Of a DNA stretch of 32,000 nucleotides, positions 17,392 to 26,597 are shown one piece after another. Every line of letters starts with the position of its first letter. Within the stretch, counting starts at the first letter, position 1. Below the pieces are notes generated by a model. That model ran no database searches. It was not told the DNA's origin and saw only the letters and a program-made list of their open reading frames with translations. Position numbers and translations under genes: made by a program. Origin of the DNA: Promethearchaeum syntrophicum (lineage in GTDB: Archaea; Asgardarchaeota; Lokiarchaeia; Sigyniarchaeales; Promethearchaeaceae). The stretch spans positions 630,001-662,000 of the forward strand of contig NZ_CP042905.2 in assembly GCF_008000775.2 (NCBI RefSeq), given 5' to 3'.

Positions 17392-18582
17392 ATGAAGATA
17401 TTAATTATCGGAAATGGAATTGCTGGACAGACAGTTGCGGAAGAAATTCGAAAAAACAATTCAGACTATGAAATAAATATCATTACAAAAGAACCCTATC
17501 TTTATTATTCACGTATTTTCCTCCCGAGCTATCTAATAGGAGAAAAATCTTTAGATAAACTCATCTTACATTCAATTGAATGGTATAAAAATCGAAATAT
17601 TTCAGTTGAGTTAAATAAGCAAATTGACCAGATTGATCGGGTTAACAAAAAATTACATGTTCTTGAAGATGATAATTGGATTAACTATGATAAATTAGTT
17701 ATTGCATCAGGAAGTAATGCAAGAATACTCCATTTTGGAAATCCAAATCTAAAAGGTGTGTTCAGTTTGCGAAATGTCGCCGATGCAGATACAATTCGGA
17801 ATTATATTAATAAGAATAATGTAAAAGATGTACTAGTTATAGGGGGTGGGTTATTAGGGATAGAAATTGGTTTTAATTTACGAGATCTTCAATTAAATGT
17901 TACTATATGTGAAATTGCACCATATCTACTTCCACGGCAGTTAGATCGAGGGACTTCAAAACTCCTTCAAAAGTATCTGGAATCTAAAAATTTGGAGATA
18001 TTATGTGATGTTGCTGTAGAGAAAATATTAGGTGATAAAAGGGTTACAGGGATTAAACTGAAAAATGGTATGGAAAGGAAATTTGATATGATAATTCAGC
18101 AGATGGGAATCATTCCCGAGATATCTCTGGCTCAAAAAAGTGATATTCAAGCTGAAAAAGGCATTATCGTTAATGAATACATGCAAACAAACGATCCCGA
18201 TATTTATGCTGTTGGAGATTGTATTCAATTTAATGGAAGAATCTGGGGGATTATTCCTGCTAGTAGAGAGCAGAGTAAATTAGCTGCGAAACATATTTTA
18301 AAATTAAATCCTGAAAAATATCAAGGGACTTTCTGGAATACACGTTTAAAAATAGCTGGAATAAATTTAACTTGTTTAGGTTCTCCTGAAGAAGAAGATA
18401 AAGAAGAAACTAAGCTTATTGAATCAGTAGATGAAGAAAAATTTCTTTGTAGAAAAGTCCGGATTGAAGATAATCAAATTAAAAGTGCAATTTTGTTAGG
18501 ACCTGGAAAAGATAATTTCTTCGTGAAAAATTTAGGGAAAGAAGTGGATTTCGATGAAGTAAAAAAGAAAGTCTATGAATAA
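17392..18582 (+). CDS. FAD/NAD(P)-dependent oxidoreductase (rubredoxin-NAD reductase / NirB N-terminal-like)
   Basis: 396 aa; KILIIGNGIAGQTVAEEIR, LVIASGSNARI, VLVIGGGLLGIEIG, YMQTNDPDIYAVGDCIQF. Confidence 0.87.
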   Translation: MKILIIGNGIAGQTVAEEIRKNNSDYEINIITKEPYLYYSRIFLPSYLIGEKSLDKLILHSIEWYKNRNISVELNKQIDQIDRVNKKLHVLEDDNWINYDKLVIASGSNARILHFGNPNLKGVFSLRNVADADTIRNYINKNNVKDVLVIGGGLLGIEIGFNLRDLQLNVTICEIAPYLLPRQLDRGTSKLLQKYLESKNLEILCDVAVEKILGDKRVTGIKLKNGMERKFDMIIQQMGIIPEISLAQKSDIQAEKGIIVNEYMQTNDPDIYAVGDCIQFNGRIWGIIPASREQSKLAAKHILKLNPEKYQGTFWNTRLKIAGINLTCLGSPEEEDKEETKLIESVDEEKFLCRKVRIEDNQIKSAILLGPGKDNFFVKNLGKEVDFDEVKKKVYE

Positions 18583-18624
18583 ATTATCATTTAACTTAGA
18601 TTTTTTATCCAATCCATGTTTTTA

Positions 18625-19143
18625 TTACCCTTTATAGAGACCTAGTTTTCTCAAATAATTTAAAACACTAATGCATAATTCTTCCTCAAATTTCTGATAT
18701 ATTCCTAAATTGCCCTTTCCCAGTTCAATTGGTTCTTTGAAAACTTCATAGAATCTATTTAATAATATTTCTGCTTCTTCTTCCAAATGATTTTTCACCA
18801 TATTTGGTCTAAAAAAGAAAACTGTTATCAAAGATTTTTTGGAAACGATATTCATTTCAACATTTAATCCCTCTATATAAATTCGTTTGATTTGACCAAC
18901 ATTTTCCTTACCGAACATTGAGAGGGCTGCTATAAAATTAGATATTAAATCAATCTTCAGAGTAGAGTCGATTTGATAAGAAAAAAGGATATCACCACCA
19001 GTTCGGCAAATAAAAATTCCAAGCATATATTTCTTAAGTTTTCTTTGGACAAGTTTATATTGTTCTTCAGTGAGAACTTTAGGTTTATAACCATTAAAAG
19101 CGTAATTCTCTTTTTTTTCTTGGAGTGAATTCATTTTATTCAA
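18625..19143 (-). CDS. Longin/Roadblock-like (profilin-fold) protein, candidate GTPase partner
   Basis: 172 aa; GIFICRTGGDILFSYQIDSTLKIDLISNFIAALSMFGKENVGQIKRIYIEGLNVEM resembles archaeal longin-like proteins; 11 bp downstream of the Rab-like GTPase gene. No search run. Confidence 0.5.
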   Translation of the reverse strand: MNKMNSLQEKKENYAFNGYKPKVLTEEQYKLVQRKLKKYMLGIFICRTGGDILFSYQIDSTLKIDLISNFIAALSMFGKENVGQIKRIYIEGLNVEMNIVSKKSLITVFFFRPNMVKNHLEEEAEILLNRFYEVFKEPIELGKGNLGIYQKFEEELCISVLNYLRKLGLYKG

Positions 19144-19154
19144 TTTCGTTTTGT

Positions 19155-20108
19155 CTATTCTAAATTTTCTTCTTTTTTGAAGATTTCAATAGCTAATTTT
19201 TCAAACATCTCATCCACGTTTTCTCCTGTCTTTGCTGAGCATTCAATAAACAGAAATCCATGTTCGATTGCATAATTTAAACCCTCTTGTCTTGAAACCT
19301 TTCGTTCTAAGTCAGATTTATTTCCAACTAATAAAACTGGAACTTTGCCTAAATTTTCTTCTAAATCTGCAACCCACTTATCTAAGTGTTTAAACGATAA
19401 AGCATTGTTTATATCGTAACAGATTAAAGCTCCTTTGGCATCCTTAAAATATATACCTCGAATTTTGTCATATTGATCTTGACCTGCCGCGTCCCATACA
19501 TTCATTCGCGCTGTAAAGCGATATGTTCCTGAAAATAATAAATCTGTGCTCAAATAAGATGTTTTTATTTCTTTTGTGCCGAAATCCACACCCAAAGTTG
19601 TTTTAAGATCTTTCTTGAAATAATTATCTGTAAATCGAACTTTGATTGCTGTTTTTCCAACTGCTGTATCTCCGATCTCTATTATTTTGAAGGAGTAATT
19701 GCTTCTTAGAAGAGTTTTTGCTTCGTTTATTGCCCAACTTTCAATATTTTCCCCTGTTATTAGAGTCGGTGAAATATCACTCATTTCCGTAAGTTTTAAT
19801 ATAAAGCCATTGACATAAGTATCATATTCCATATTTTCTAAAGCTTTTTCATTAAAAGTTTCAATCTTACCAGAACAAGGTGCATTTAAAGTGGTTACTC
19901 CTTGTTCAGAAGCAATTGCTACAAACGGTAAGCCTACTTTAATTTCATTTTCAACTAGTAAACTTATTTCTGTAGGATTTTTTAAGAAAGCGTATCCTAT
20001 CTGGTCTAAGCCTATTATTTTCTTCTGTAAATTCATATAAACATGTTGATTTTTGCTATAATATAATTCATTCGGTAGATCATAACGACCATCAGCTATA
20101 GTTACCAT
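19155..20108 (-). CDS. Fusion of a GcvH-like (lipoyl-fold, non-lipoylatable) domain with a Rab/Ras-like small GTPase
   Basis: 317 aa. GTPase motifs: GDTAVGKT (146-153), WDAAGQ (205-210), NKSD (263-266), SAK (291-293). N-terminal KVGLPFVAIASEQGVTTLNAPCSGKIETFNEKAL resembles H protein GxPFxxxESVKAxSxxxAPxSGxxxxxNxxL. Confidence 0.82.
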   Translation of the reverse strand: MVTIADGRYDLPNELYYSKNQHVYMNLQKKIIGLDQIGYAFLKNPTEISLLVENEIKVGLPFVAIASEQGVTTLNAPCSGKIETFNEKALENMEYDTYVNGFILKLTEMSDISPTLITGENIESWAINEAKTLLRSNYSFKIIEIGDTAVGKTAIKVRFTDNYFKKDLKTTLGVDFGTKEIKTSYLSTDLLFSGTYRFTARMNVWDAAGQDQYDKIRGIYFKDAKGALICYDINNALSFKHLDKWVADLEENLGKVPVLLVGNKSDLERKVSRQEGLNYAIEHGFLFIECSAKTGENVDEMFEKLAIEIFKKEENLE

Positions 20109-20155
20109 TTTTTTTCTTCTCCATATTTACTTATTTTTTAATCATAATATTAATA

Positions 20156-20596
20156 TCATTTCACTTGAATCCGATCCATGATTTTATCCCAGAATTCATT
20201 TTTAAATTCGGGATTAACTAATATAACTTTTTTCATCTTTACCTTTTCAATTTCAGGAATTTTATTGCCGGTTCTAAGAGGTAAATTGTTTCTATTTAGA
20301 ATATGTCCATCCAATTTCATGGAAATTGCATCAAATGGGCATAATGTCAGACATACACCACAAAAAACACATTTCAATGGATCTGGGAAAAATGGAACCC
20401 GTTCTTTTCTGGGCACTTTTTTTCCTTTAGGAATTTCTGGCTTGAATAATGCATTTTTTGGGCAAGCTTTTACGCATTGATAACATGAGGTGCATTTGTT
20501 AAGATCAAACATCAAGTCTGTTGTACGATTCATATATTCTATTTTTGTATTTCTAACCGAAAAATTTATAGATTCTTCCACAATTGGCCATTTCAT
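20156..20596 (-). CDS. 2x[4Fe-4S] ferredoxin-type protein of the hdr operon
   Basis: 146 aa; DLNKCTSCYQCVKACPKNAL and DPLKCVFCGVCLTLCPFDAI; TAATG overlap with the upstream mvhD. Confidence 0.88.
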   Translation of the reverse strand: MKWPIVEESINFSVRNTKIEYMNRTTDLMFDLNKCTSCYQCVKACPKNALFKPEIPKGKKVPRKERVPFFPDPLKCVFCGVCLTLCPFDAISMKLDGHILNRNNLPLRTGNKIPEIEKVKMKKVILVNPEFKNEFWDKIMDRIQVK

Positions 20597-21066
20597 TAAA
20601 TAACAACCTCCTCAAGTTTTTTAAATTCCTTTGCAGCTATTTTTTTACGGGAATTTGGTCCAATTTTCTTCAATTCAGATACAAATTCTCGAATATGTTC
20701 GGTAAATTCAGCTCCTTCACTAGCGCTAATATGCCAGAGCTTAAATCGTTTTGGATCAATCCCATATTGTTCCATAAACGTATTCATAATAGAAAATCTT
20801 CTTACTGCTTTTTCATTCCCTTCTATATAATGACAATCTCCTAAATGACACGCCCCAATTATGACTCCATCAGCTCCATTTTTCAAAGCTTCTATTGCAT
20901 AACTGGGTTCCATTCTTCCAGAGCACATCAAACGAATTATTCTAACATCTGCAGGTCGTTGCATACGGCTTACACCAGCTTGATCACTTCCAGTATAAGT
21001 GCACCAGTTACAAGCAAAACAAACAATATACGGCTCGAAATCACTTTTTTCAATCATTTTAATCAC
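20596..21066 (-). CDS. mvhD: MvhD/FlpD-like (F420-non-reducing hydrogenase iron-sulfur subunit D)
   Basis: 156 aa; VCFACNWCTYTGSDQAG...IRLMCSGRMEPSYAIEALKNGADGVIIGACHLGDCHYIEGN. Confidence 0.92.
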   Translation of the reverse strand: MIKMIEKSDFEPYIVCFACNWCTYTGSDQAGVSRMQRPADVRIIRLMCSGRMEPSYAIEALKNGADGVIIGACHLGDCHYIEGNEKAVRRFSIMNTFMEQYGIDPKRFKLWHISASEGAEFTEHIREFVSELKKIGPNSRKKIAAKEFKKLEEVVI

Positions 21067-21073
21067 TTAAATT

Positions 21074-23056
21074 TTAAATTTCTTTGATATAATTCTCCCA
21101 AGGTCTTAATGCCCTTACTTCACTTAAAATTTGATTGCGAGTGAAATGATTCTGTATAATTGCATTTGATGGGCAAGAGCTTACACATACACCACATCCT
21201 TTGCATTTTATTGCATTTATATCTGCAGTTTTCGTAGTTTCATCAAAACTTATTGCATCATATGGGCAAAGTTGGATACATGATCTGCATCCTGAACATA
21301 TTTCTGGTTGAACCATTGAATAATAAGGCTCAATTTCTACTTCACCTGAATACATGAAATTATCCGCACTGCTAGCTGCTGCTTTCGCCTGAGCTACTGA
21401 GTCAGGTATATCACGTGGCGCTTGGCAAGTACCTGCAATAAAAATTCCAGTTGAGAGTGAATCTACTGGTTTAAGCTTTGGGTGTGCTTCCATGAACATT
21501 CCATCTTCTGAACATTGAATACCGAAAAATCGACCTACTTCATCAGCATCTTTTCGAGCTTCAATGGCTGTTGATAAAATGAGCATATCAACTTCAACTT
21601 CATACTTTTCAGCAAGTAAAGTATCGCTTCCCCTTAAAATTAAGGATCCATCATTTTTTTCAAAAACATCTCCAATTCTACCCCGGATAAAATTAATTCC
21701 ATATTCTCTTGAAGCAATTTCATAAAATTCTTCATAACCTTTTCCAAATGCCCTCAAATCAATGTAAAATATAAAAACTTCTGAATCTGGATATTTCTCT
21801 TTAAATTGCCTTGCTTGTTTTACCGCATACATACAACACACTCGTGAACAATATTTATGAGTGCCTTCATGAAAATCACGTGAACCTACACACTGTAAAA
21901 ATGCAATTCGTTTTGGTGTTTTATGGTCTGAAGGTTTTATTACTTTACCTAATGTTGGACCTGTACTGGAAAGTAAACGTTCCATCTCGATAGCAATTAG
22001 TACATTTTTATATTTTTGATATCCGTAGCGATAAAGTTGGGAAGGATCAAAAATATCATTTCCTGTTGCAATAATTATCGAACCGACTTTTAAATCAATA
22101 ATTTCATCTTTTAAGCTAAAATCTATGGCATTTACTTCACACGCATCAACACAAAGCATACATTCAATGCATGATTTTATATCGATTGTATATTGTTCAG
22201 GAATTGCTTGAGGAAATGGAACATAGGCCGCACGTCTATAACCCATATTATAATCAAATTCGTTTGGAACAGTAACAGGACAAATTTCACCACAAGCTCC
22301 ACAGCCTGTGCATATGGAATGATTTATTCTTCGATTTTTTTTTCTTACCTTAACCTCAAAATTTCCTACATTTAGATCTACACTTTCTATTTCAGAATAC
22401 GTAAGTAGATCTATATTCGGGTTTCGTCCAACTTCTACCATCTTAGGAGTAGTAATACATGCAGAGCAGTCCATTGTTGGAAAAGTTTTATCAAGTTGCG
22501 CCATATGACCTCCTATTGAAGGAGTTCGCTCTACTAAATGAACTTTATATTTATTTGCGAGATCAAGGGCAGCAAACATTCCTGTAATTCCTGCTCCGAC
22601 AATTAAAGCTTCTTTAGTTACCTCTATTTTTTGTCTAATTAATGGTCTATCATTCGATACTTTTGCAACCGCCATTTTAATATGATCTTTTGCAATTTCC
22701 ATAGCGCCTTTATGATCCCTCATACTTACCCATGATGCATGTTCACGTATGTTTGCTTGTTCAAAAAAGAACTCATTAAAACTGTTTTCACGCATGACTC
22801 TTCGATATGTTTCCTCATGCATGAGTGGACTACAAGCAGCTACTACAACACGATCAACTTTACCTGATTTTAAATCCTCTGCTATCAAATCCTGACCTGC
22901 ATTGCTACACATGAATTTGAAGTTTTTTACTGAAACAACATTAGGTATATGTTTTGAATATTCCGTTATTTCATCCATGTCAATAACATCTGCAATATTT
23001 TTACCACAATGGCAAATATATACTGCAACTTTTGGTTTAGGTCTTTCTAAACTCAT
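21074..23056 (-). CDS. hdrA: Heterodisulfide reductase subunit A (FAD, multiple 4Fe-4S)
   Basis: 660 aa; VYICHCGKNIADV, ALIVGAGITGMFAALDLA, GGHMAQLDKTFPTMDCSACITTPKM, four 4Fe-4S motifs, CVGSRDFHEGTHKYCSRVCCMYAVKQA. Confidence 0.97.
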   Translation of the reverse strand: MSLERPKPKVAVYICHCGKNIADVIDMDEITEYSKHIPNVVSVKNFKFMCSNAGQDLIAEDLKSGKVDRVVVAACSPLMHEETYRRVMRENSFNEFFFEQANIREHASWVSMRDHKGAMEIAKDHIKMAVAKVSNDRPLIRQKIEVTKEALIVGAGITGMFAALDLANKYKVHLVERTPSIGGHMAQLDKTFPTMDCSACITTPKMVEVGRNPNIDLLTYSEIESVDLNVGNFEVKVRKKNRRINHSICTGCGACGEICPVTVPNEFDYNMGYRRAAYVPFPQAIPEQYTIDIKSCIECMLCVDACEVNAIDFSLKDEIIDLKVGSIIIATGNDIFDPSQLYRYGYQKYKNVLIAIEMERLLSSTGPTLGKVIKPSDHKTPKRIAFLQCVGSRDFHEGTHKYCSRVCCMYAVKQARQFKEKYPDSEVFIFYIDLRAFGKGYEEFYEIASREYGINFIRGRIGDVFEKNDGSLILRGSDTLLAEKYEVEVDMLILSTAIEARKDADEVGRFFGIQCSEDGMFMEAHPKLKPVDSLSTGIFIAGTCQAPRDIPDSVAQAKAAASSADNFMYSGEVEIEPYYSMVQPEICSGCRSCIQLCPYDAISFDETTKTADINAIKCKGCGVCVSSCPSNAIIQNHFTRNQILSEVRALRPWENYIKEI

Positions 23057-24078
23057 ATGTTTTTACCTCCTGCAAAATCATCTAATGGAATATTTTCAAT
23101 TTTCTTCAGTAATTTATCGAACGGAACAAATGGTGATATTCCTTTCAATTCTTCAGGTTTTATCATCCCGAGGTCTTCAGGTTCAAATCCCATTGCTAAT
23201 CCTAAAAGTTGGGTAATATATATAACTGGAATTCTGAACTCTTCTTCTCCCTCATCTAATAATTTGGAAACTTCAATTTGTCCTAAATCAAACTGCAAAT
23301 GGCAAAATGGACAACACACTACAATGCAATCTACTCCAACTTTACGAATTTGTCGCAATTTCTCTAAAGTATATTGAAGACTATTATCTTTAAAACCAGT
23401 TCTTAACGATCCTCCTGCTCCACAGCACATTAATTTTTCTTGATAATCAATTGATTGACATCCGATTTTCTCAACAACCTCATCAAAAAATGTAGGATTA
23501 TCAGGATCTTGTCCAAAAAGCTGCGTGGTTGCTGGCTTAAGAATGTGACAACCATAATGAATAGCTGTTCGTAAATTAAGTGTTCTTTTAACTAATTTTT
23601 TTATTTTCTCCAATCCTATATCAAAATAAAGTACATCCATTACTTGACGCACATTAACCTTACCATCAAAATGAATATTTTTTTCTGCAAGAATATCATT
23701 GATTCTTTTATTAATTTCTGGATTTGATTTCATTTCATGTTCTACTTCGTGTAATGTGCCAAAACATCCATTGCACAGTGTCAATAATTCGGTTGTATTA
23801 TTATTTTGGGCGATTGTTAGATTTCGTGTCCCTAATGTAAGCCAAAGTGCTTTATCGACGGATCTAAACACTCCTGGTGCAGGACAGCATGTAGCACCAT
23901 TCATATCTATAAGCTCTATTCCCAGTTTGTTAAAAACAAAGCGAGATGCGCGTTCGATCATAGGATAACGATTTGGAATAACACACCCTAAATATAACGA
24001 ATATTTTAAATCTGATAGGGGTTTTTCAGTTAGTTCTTCCTTTGATTGCTCCCTATTTTGTTCTTTAATTTCTGTCAT
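23053..24078 (-). CDS. hdrB: Heterodisulfide reductase subunit B (two CCG domains)
   Basis: 341 aa; YLGCVIPNRYPMIE...CCPAPGV...CNGCFGTLHE...HYGCHILKP...CCGAGGSLRTG...CCPFCHLQFD; ATGA overlap with hdrA. Confidence 0.97.
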   Translation of the reverse strand: MTEIKEQNREQSKEELTEKPLSDLKYSLYLGCVIPNRYPMIERASRFVFNKLGIELIDMNGATCCPAPGVFRSVDKALWLTLGTRNLTIAQNNNTTELLTLCNGCFGTLHEVEHEMKSNPEINKRINDILAEKNIHFDGKVNVRQVMDVLYFDIGLEKIKKLVKRTLNLRTAIHYGCHILKPATTQLFGQDPDNPTFFDEVVEKIGCQSIDYQEKLMCCGAGGSLRTGFKDNSLQYTLEKLRQIRKVGVDCIVVCCPFCHLQFDLGQIEVSKLLDEGEEEFRIPVIYITQLLGLAMGFEPEDLGMIKPEELKGISPFVPFDKLLKKIENIPLDDFAGGKNI

Positions 24079-24119
24079 TAATTCTCATCTTCTCTTCATT
24101 TCAAAGGTTTTCAATTTTA

Positions 24120-24662
24120 TTAGCGATATGGGATACGTGCATTAAATTTAATTTTATCAAGTAAGGTAAAAAGCTCATCCAATGCTTCAGGAAACTTGTG
24201 AACAGTTGGAGGTATTTTATCTAATTTATGTAATTCTCGTAATTTTGCCCATTTTGAATCTGCTCCTCCCAGAGGAACTGCATGGCCCGTATTTGCTAAA
24301 TTCTTAATGACATTTTTCAAAGCATCTGGTAAATAGCCCTCCCTAACTGCCATATTCCTCAATTTTAAAATTACATTAGTAACTGGAATTGTTCTTGGGC
24401 AACGTTCATAACAATTAAAGCAAGTTGAACAATACCAGATATCTGGTTCTGAAAGAACTGAATGAACCCCTGCCAAGGCTTTTCTCATTATTTTTCTTGT
24501 TACTAAGGCTGTAAAACTACCACTGGGGCAAACTGATGTACACATTCCGCACTGAATACAACTACGAATCTTTTTCAAATCTTCATCAACAGAAAGTTCA
24601 TCTGAGTATTCAGAGCTATATTTTATTAATTTTGATTTATTTATCAATTCATTTTTCACCAA
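24120..24662 (-). CDS. hdrC: Heterodisulfide reductase subunit C
   Basis: 180 aa; CIQCGMCTSVCPSGS and CSTCFNCYERCPRTIPV. Confidence 0.95.
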   Translation of the reverse strand: MVKNELINKSKLIKYSSEYSDELSVDEDLKKIRSCIQCGMCTSVCPSGSFTALVTRKIMRKALAGVHSVLSEPDIWYCSTCFNCYERCPRTIPVTNVILKLRNMAVREGYLPDALKNVIKNLANTGHAVPLGGADSKWAKLRELHKLDKIPPTVHKFPEALDELFTLLDKIKFNARIPYR

Positions 24663-25187
24663 ATTATTGTCTATGATCGATTACGATCAAATTATTGAAT
24701 CTATCAAAATCAGTCACTTTATTCACTTAATTTAATAAATTTGTTTTTGTTTGATTTAAATCTTCACTTTTTTTAGATAAGCTGATATCAGAGGACATCT
24801 TAAATATATTATCATTTATGGGTACGGTTCTCTTTGAAATAGTAAAAAAGAACCATTTGCTTATTCACCGAAACATTAGTACTTGGAAATTAATTTAGAT
24901 TCAAATGAAATTGATCCTTTTTTATGATCATAATTTGTTGAGGAAGTGATAAATATTCGGAAAATGATCATATTTTCATTCCAAATTATGTTTTTCATCA
25001 ATTTCACCTTTCAAGTAAAAATTATATCGATAAATTTTTTAAATACATAATTACTTTAAAATGTTATATTGGTATTACAAATGTTTCGATTTTTCTATTT
25101 ATTATTATCATTCGTTTTTTATTTAATGAATAAATGATAAAATTGAATAAATTGAAATTTTGAGTTTAAAAAATAATCAATATAAAG

Positions 25188-25421
25188 ATGAAAACAATGG
25201 TAGATTTCGAATTAGATGCTAAGGGATTAAAATGTCCAATGCCAATCTTAAAAGCCAAAAAAGTTATTAAGAAAATGGAATCTGGACAAACATTTGAATT
25301 GGTTTCAGATGATGGCGGTTCAAAAGCAGATGTCCCACCTCTGCTAAATAAAACTGGTTGCACACTGGTTGAAATGAAAGAAGATGGTGGCGTTTTTACC
25401 TTTTTAATTAAAAAGGATTAA
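25188..25421 (+). CDS. tusA: TusA/SirA-family sulfur carrier
   Basis: 77 aa; VDFELDAKGLKCPMPILKAKKVIKKMESGQTFELVSDDGGSKADVPPLLNKTG with the CPxP motif. Confidence 0.93.
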   Translation: MKTMVDFELDAKGLKCPMPILKAKKVIKKMESGQTFELVSDDGGSKADVPPLLNKTGCTLVEMKEDGGVFTFLIKKD

Positions 25422-25427
25422 AATTGG

Positions 25428-25793
25428 TTGATGATCATGAAAATTGGATTTGCAGTAATGACTGAATTTTTAAAATATCAGCAAATATACTCACTTCTTA
25501 AATTAATTGAAGCTGCTAAAGCAAAAAATCATCAAATAACAGGAATTTTCTTTTTTGGGACAGGGGTTTTAAATATTAAGAAAGGTGCCCATTTAGGAAA
25601 GAGCACAAAAAATATCCCACTTGAGTTAGAGAACTTACATGATATTCCAAAATATGCATGCCAAACATGGGCTGATAATTATGCTATATTCCCAGAAGAT
25701 ACAATCCAAGGATTGGAAATTACAGGTTTAGGTGAACTTTCTAATATCACGAAAGAATCTGATAAAATGATTTTCTTCGGAGCACATGCATAA
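25428..25793 (+). CDS. DsrE-like (TusD-like) sulfurtransferase subunit; start probably ATG at 25431 or 25437
   Basis: 121 aa; QITGIFFFGTGVLNI...PKYACQTWADNYAIFPEDTIQGLEITGLGELSNI...DKMIFFG; Cys in the position of the DsrE/TusD active Cys. Confidence 0.83.
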   Translation: MMIMKIGFAVMTEFLKYQQIYSLLKLIEAAKAKNHQITGIFFFGTGVLNIKKGAHLGKSTKNIPLELENLHDIPKYACQTWADNYAIFPEDTIQGLEITGLGELSNITKESDKMIFFGAHA

Positions 25794-25808
25794 AATAAAA
25801 AGGAGATT

Positions 25809-26189
25809 ATGAGAAAAATGGAATCAGTTTTAGTAATGTGTAATTCCGGTCCTTTTGGAACAAATTCAACATATGAATCAATCCGATTAGGTTCTGGATT
25901 TATGGGTTTAGGTGAGGATATAAATTGTAAAATTCTGTTTTATGGTGATGCAGTTCTCTCTGTAAAAAAGAATTTGAATTCCGGTAAGATTGGAATGGAT
26001 TCATTTGAAGAAGGATTAGAAATGGCTGATTTAAGTGAATTACCGATAATTGTAATTGAAGAGGATTTAATTACAAGGGGTATGACAACAAGGGATTTGT
26101 TTGAATTCGAAGATTGTCCTATTCAAGTAATTAAAGAAAATCAATTAGGGGAAATAATGACCCAATTTGATGCAGTATTTCAAATGTAG
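25809..26189 (+). CDS. DsrF-like (TusC-like) protein
   Basis: 126 aa; SVLVMCNSGPFGTNSTYESIRLGSGFMGLGEDINCKILFYGDAVLSV, typical DsrE/F fold start; second in an E-F-H order. Confidence 0.78.
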   Translation: MRKMESVLVMCNSGPFGTNSTYESIRLGSGFMGLGEDINCKILFYGDAVLSVKKNLNSGKIGMDSFEEGLEMADLSELPIIVIEEDLITRGMTTRDLFEFEDCPIQVIKENQLGEIMTQFDAVFQM

Positions 26190-26200
26190 GTGGAAAAAAA

Positions 26201-26527
26201 ATGGCAAAAAATTTGATATTATTCGGACATAGTGGTTTCGATTTAAATAATTACAAGAGTTTGACAAAAATCCTAAATAATACAACTGAATGTCTTGTTG
26301 TTTTGATGGAAGATGGTGTGAATGGTGTAATAAAAACAGATGCAACAAGTGATTTTGAACCTTACAATGATATTCTTGAAAAAAATATTCCACTATACTG
26401 TGTTGTTGAAGATTTGGAAGCACGAGGTTTTGAATCATCACAATTAAAATCGTCTATTAATCATTTAACTTATCTAGAATTAATAAATTTGATTGAAACA
26501 TCGAATCGAGTTATTTCGTTATTATAA
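26201..26527 (+). CDS. DsrH-like (TusB-like) protein
   Basis: 108 aa; LVVLMEDGVNGVIK...IPLYCVVEDLEARGFESSQLKSSINHLTYLELINLIETSNRVISL. Confidence 0.76.
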   Translation: MAKNLILFGHSGFDLNNYKSLTKILNNTTECLVVLMEDGVNGVIKTDATSDFEPYNDILEKNIPLYCVVEDLEARGFESSQLKSSINHLTYLELINLIETSNRVISLL

Positions 26528-26597
26528 TTTTTTTTTTGAAATTAGATGTAGTGAGAACTGAAAAAAAACAAAAATAAAAACAAAAAGTGAAAAAAAT

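Noticed and set aside
21811-23968. Plus-strand ORFs opposite hdrA/hdrB (21811, 22193, 22902, 23057, 23699)
   Set aside because: Complementary to strongly supported hdrA/hdrB coding sequence.
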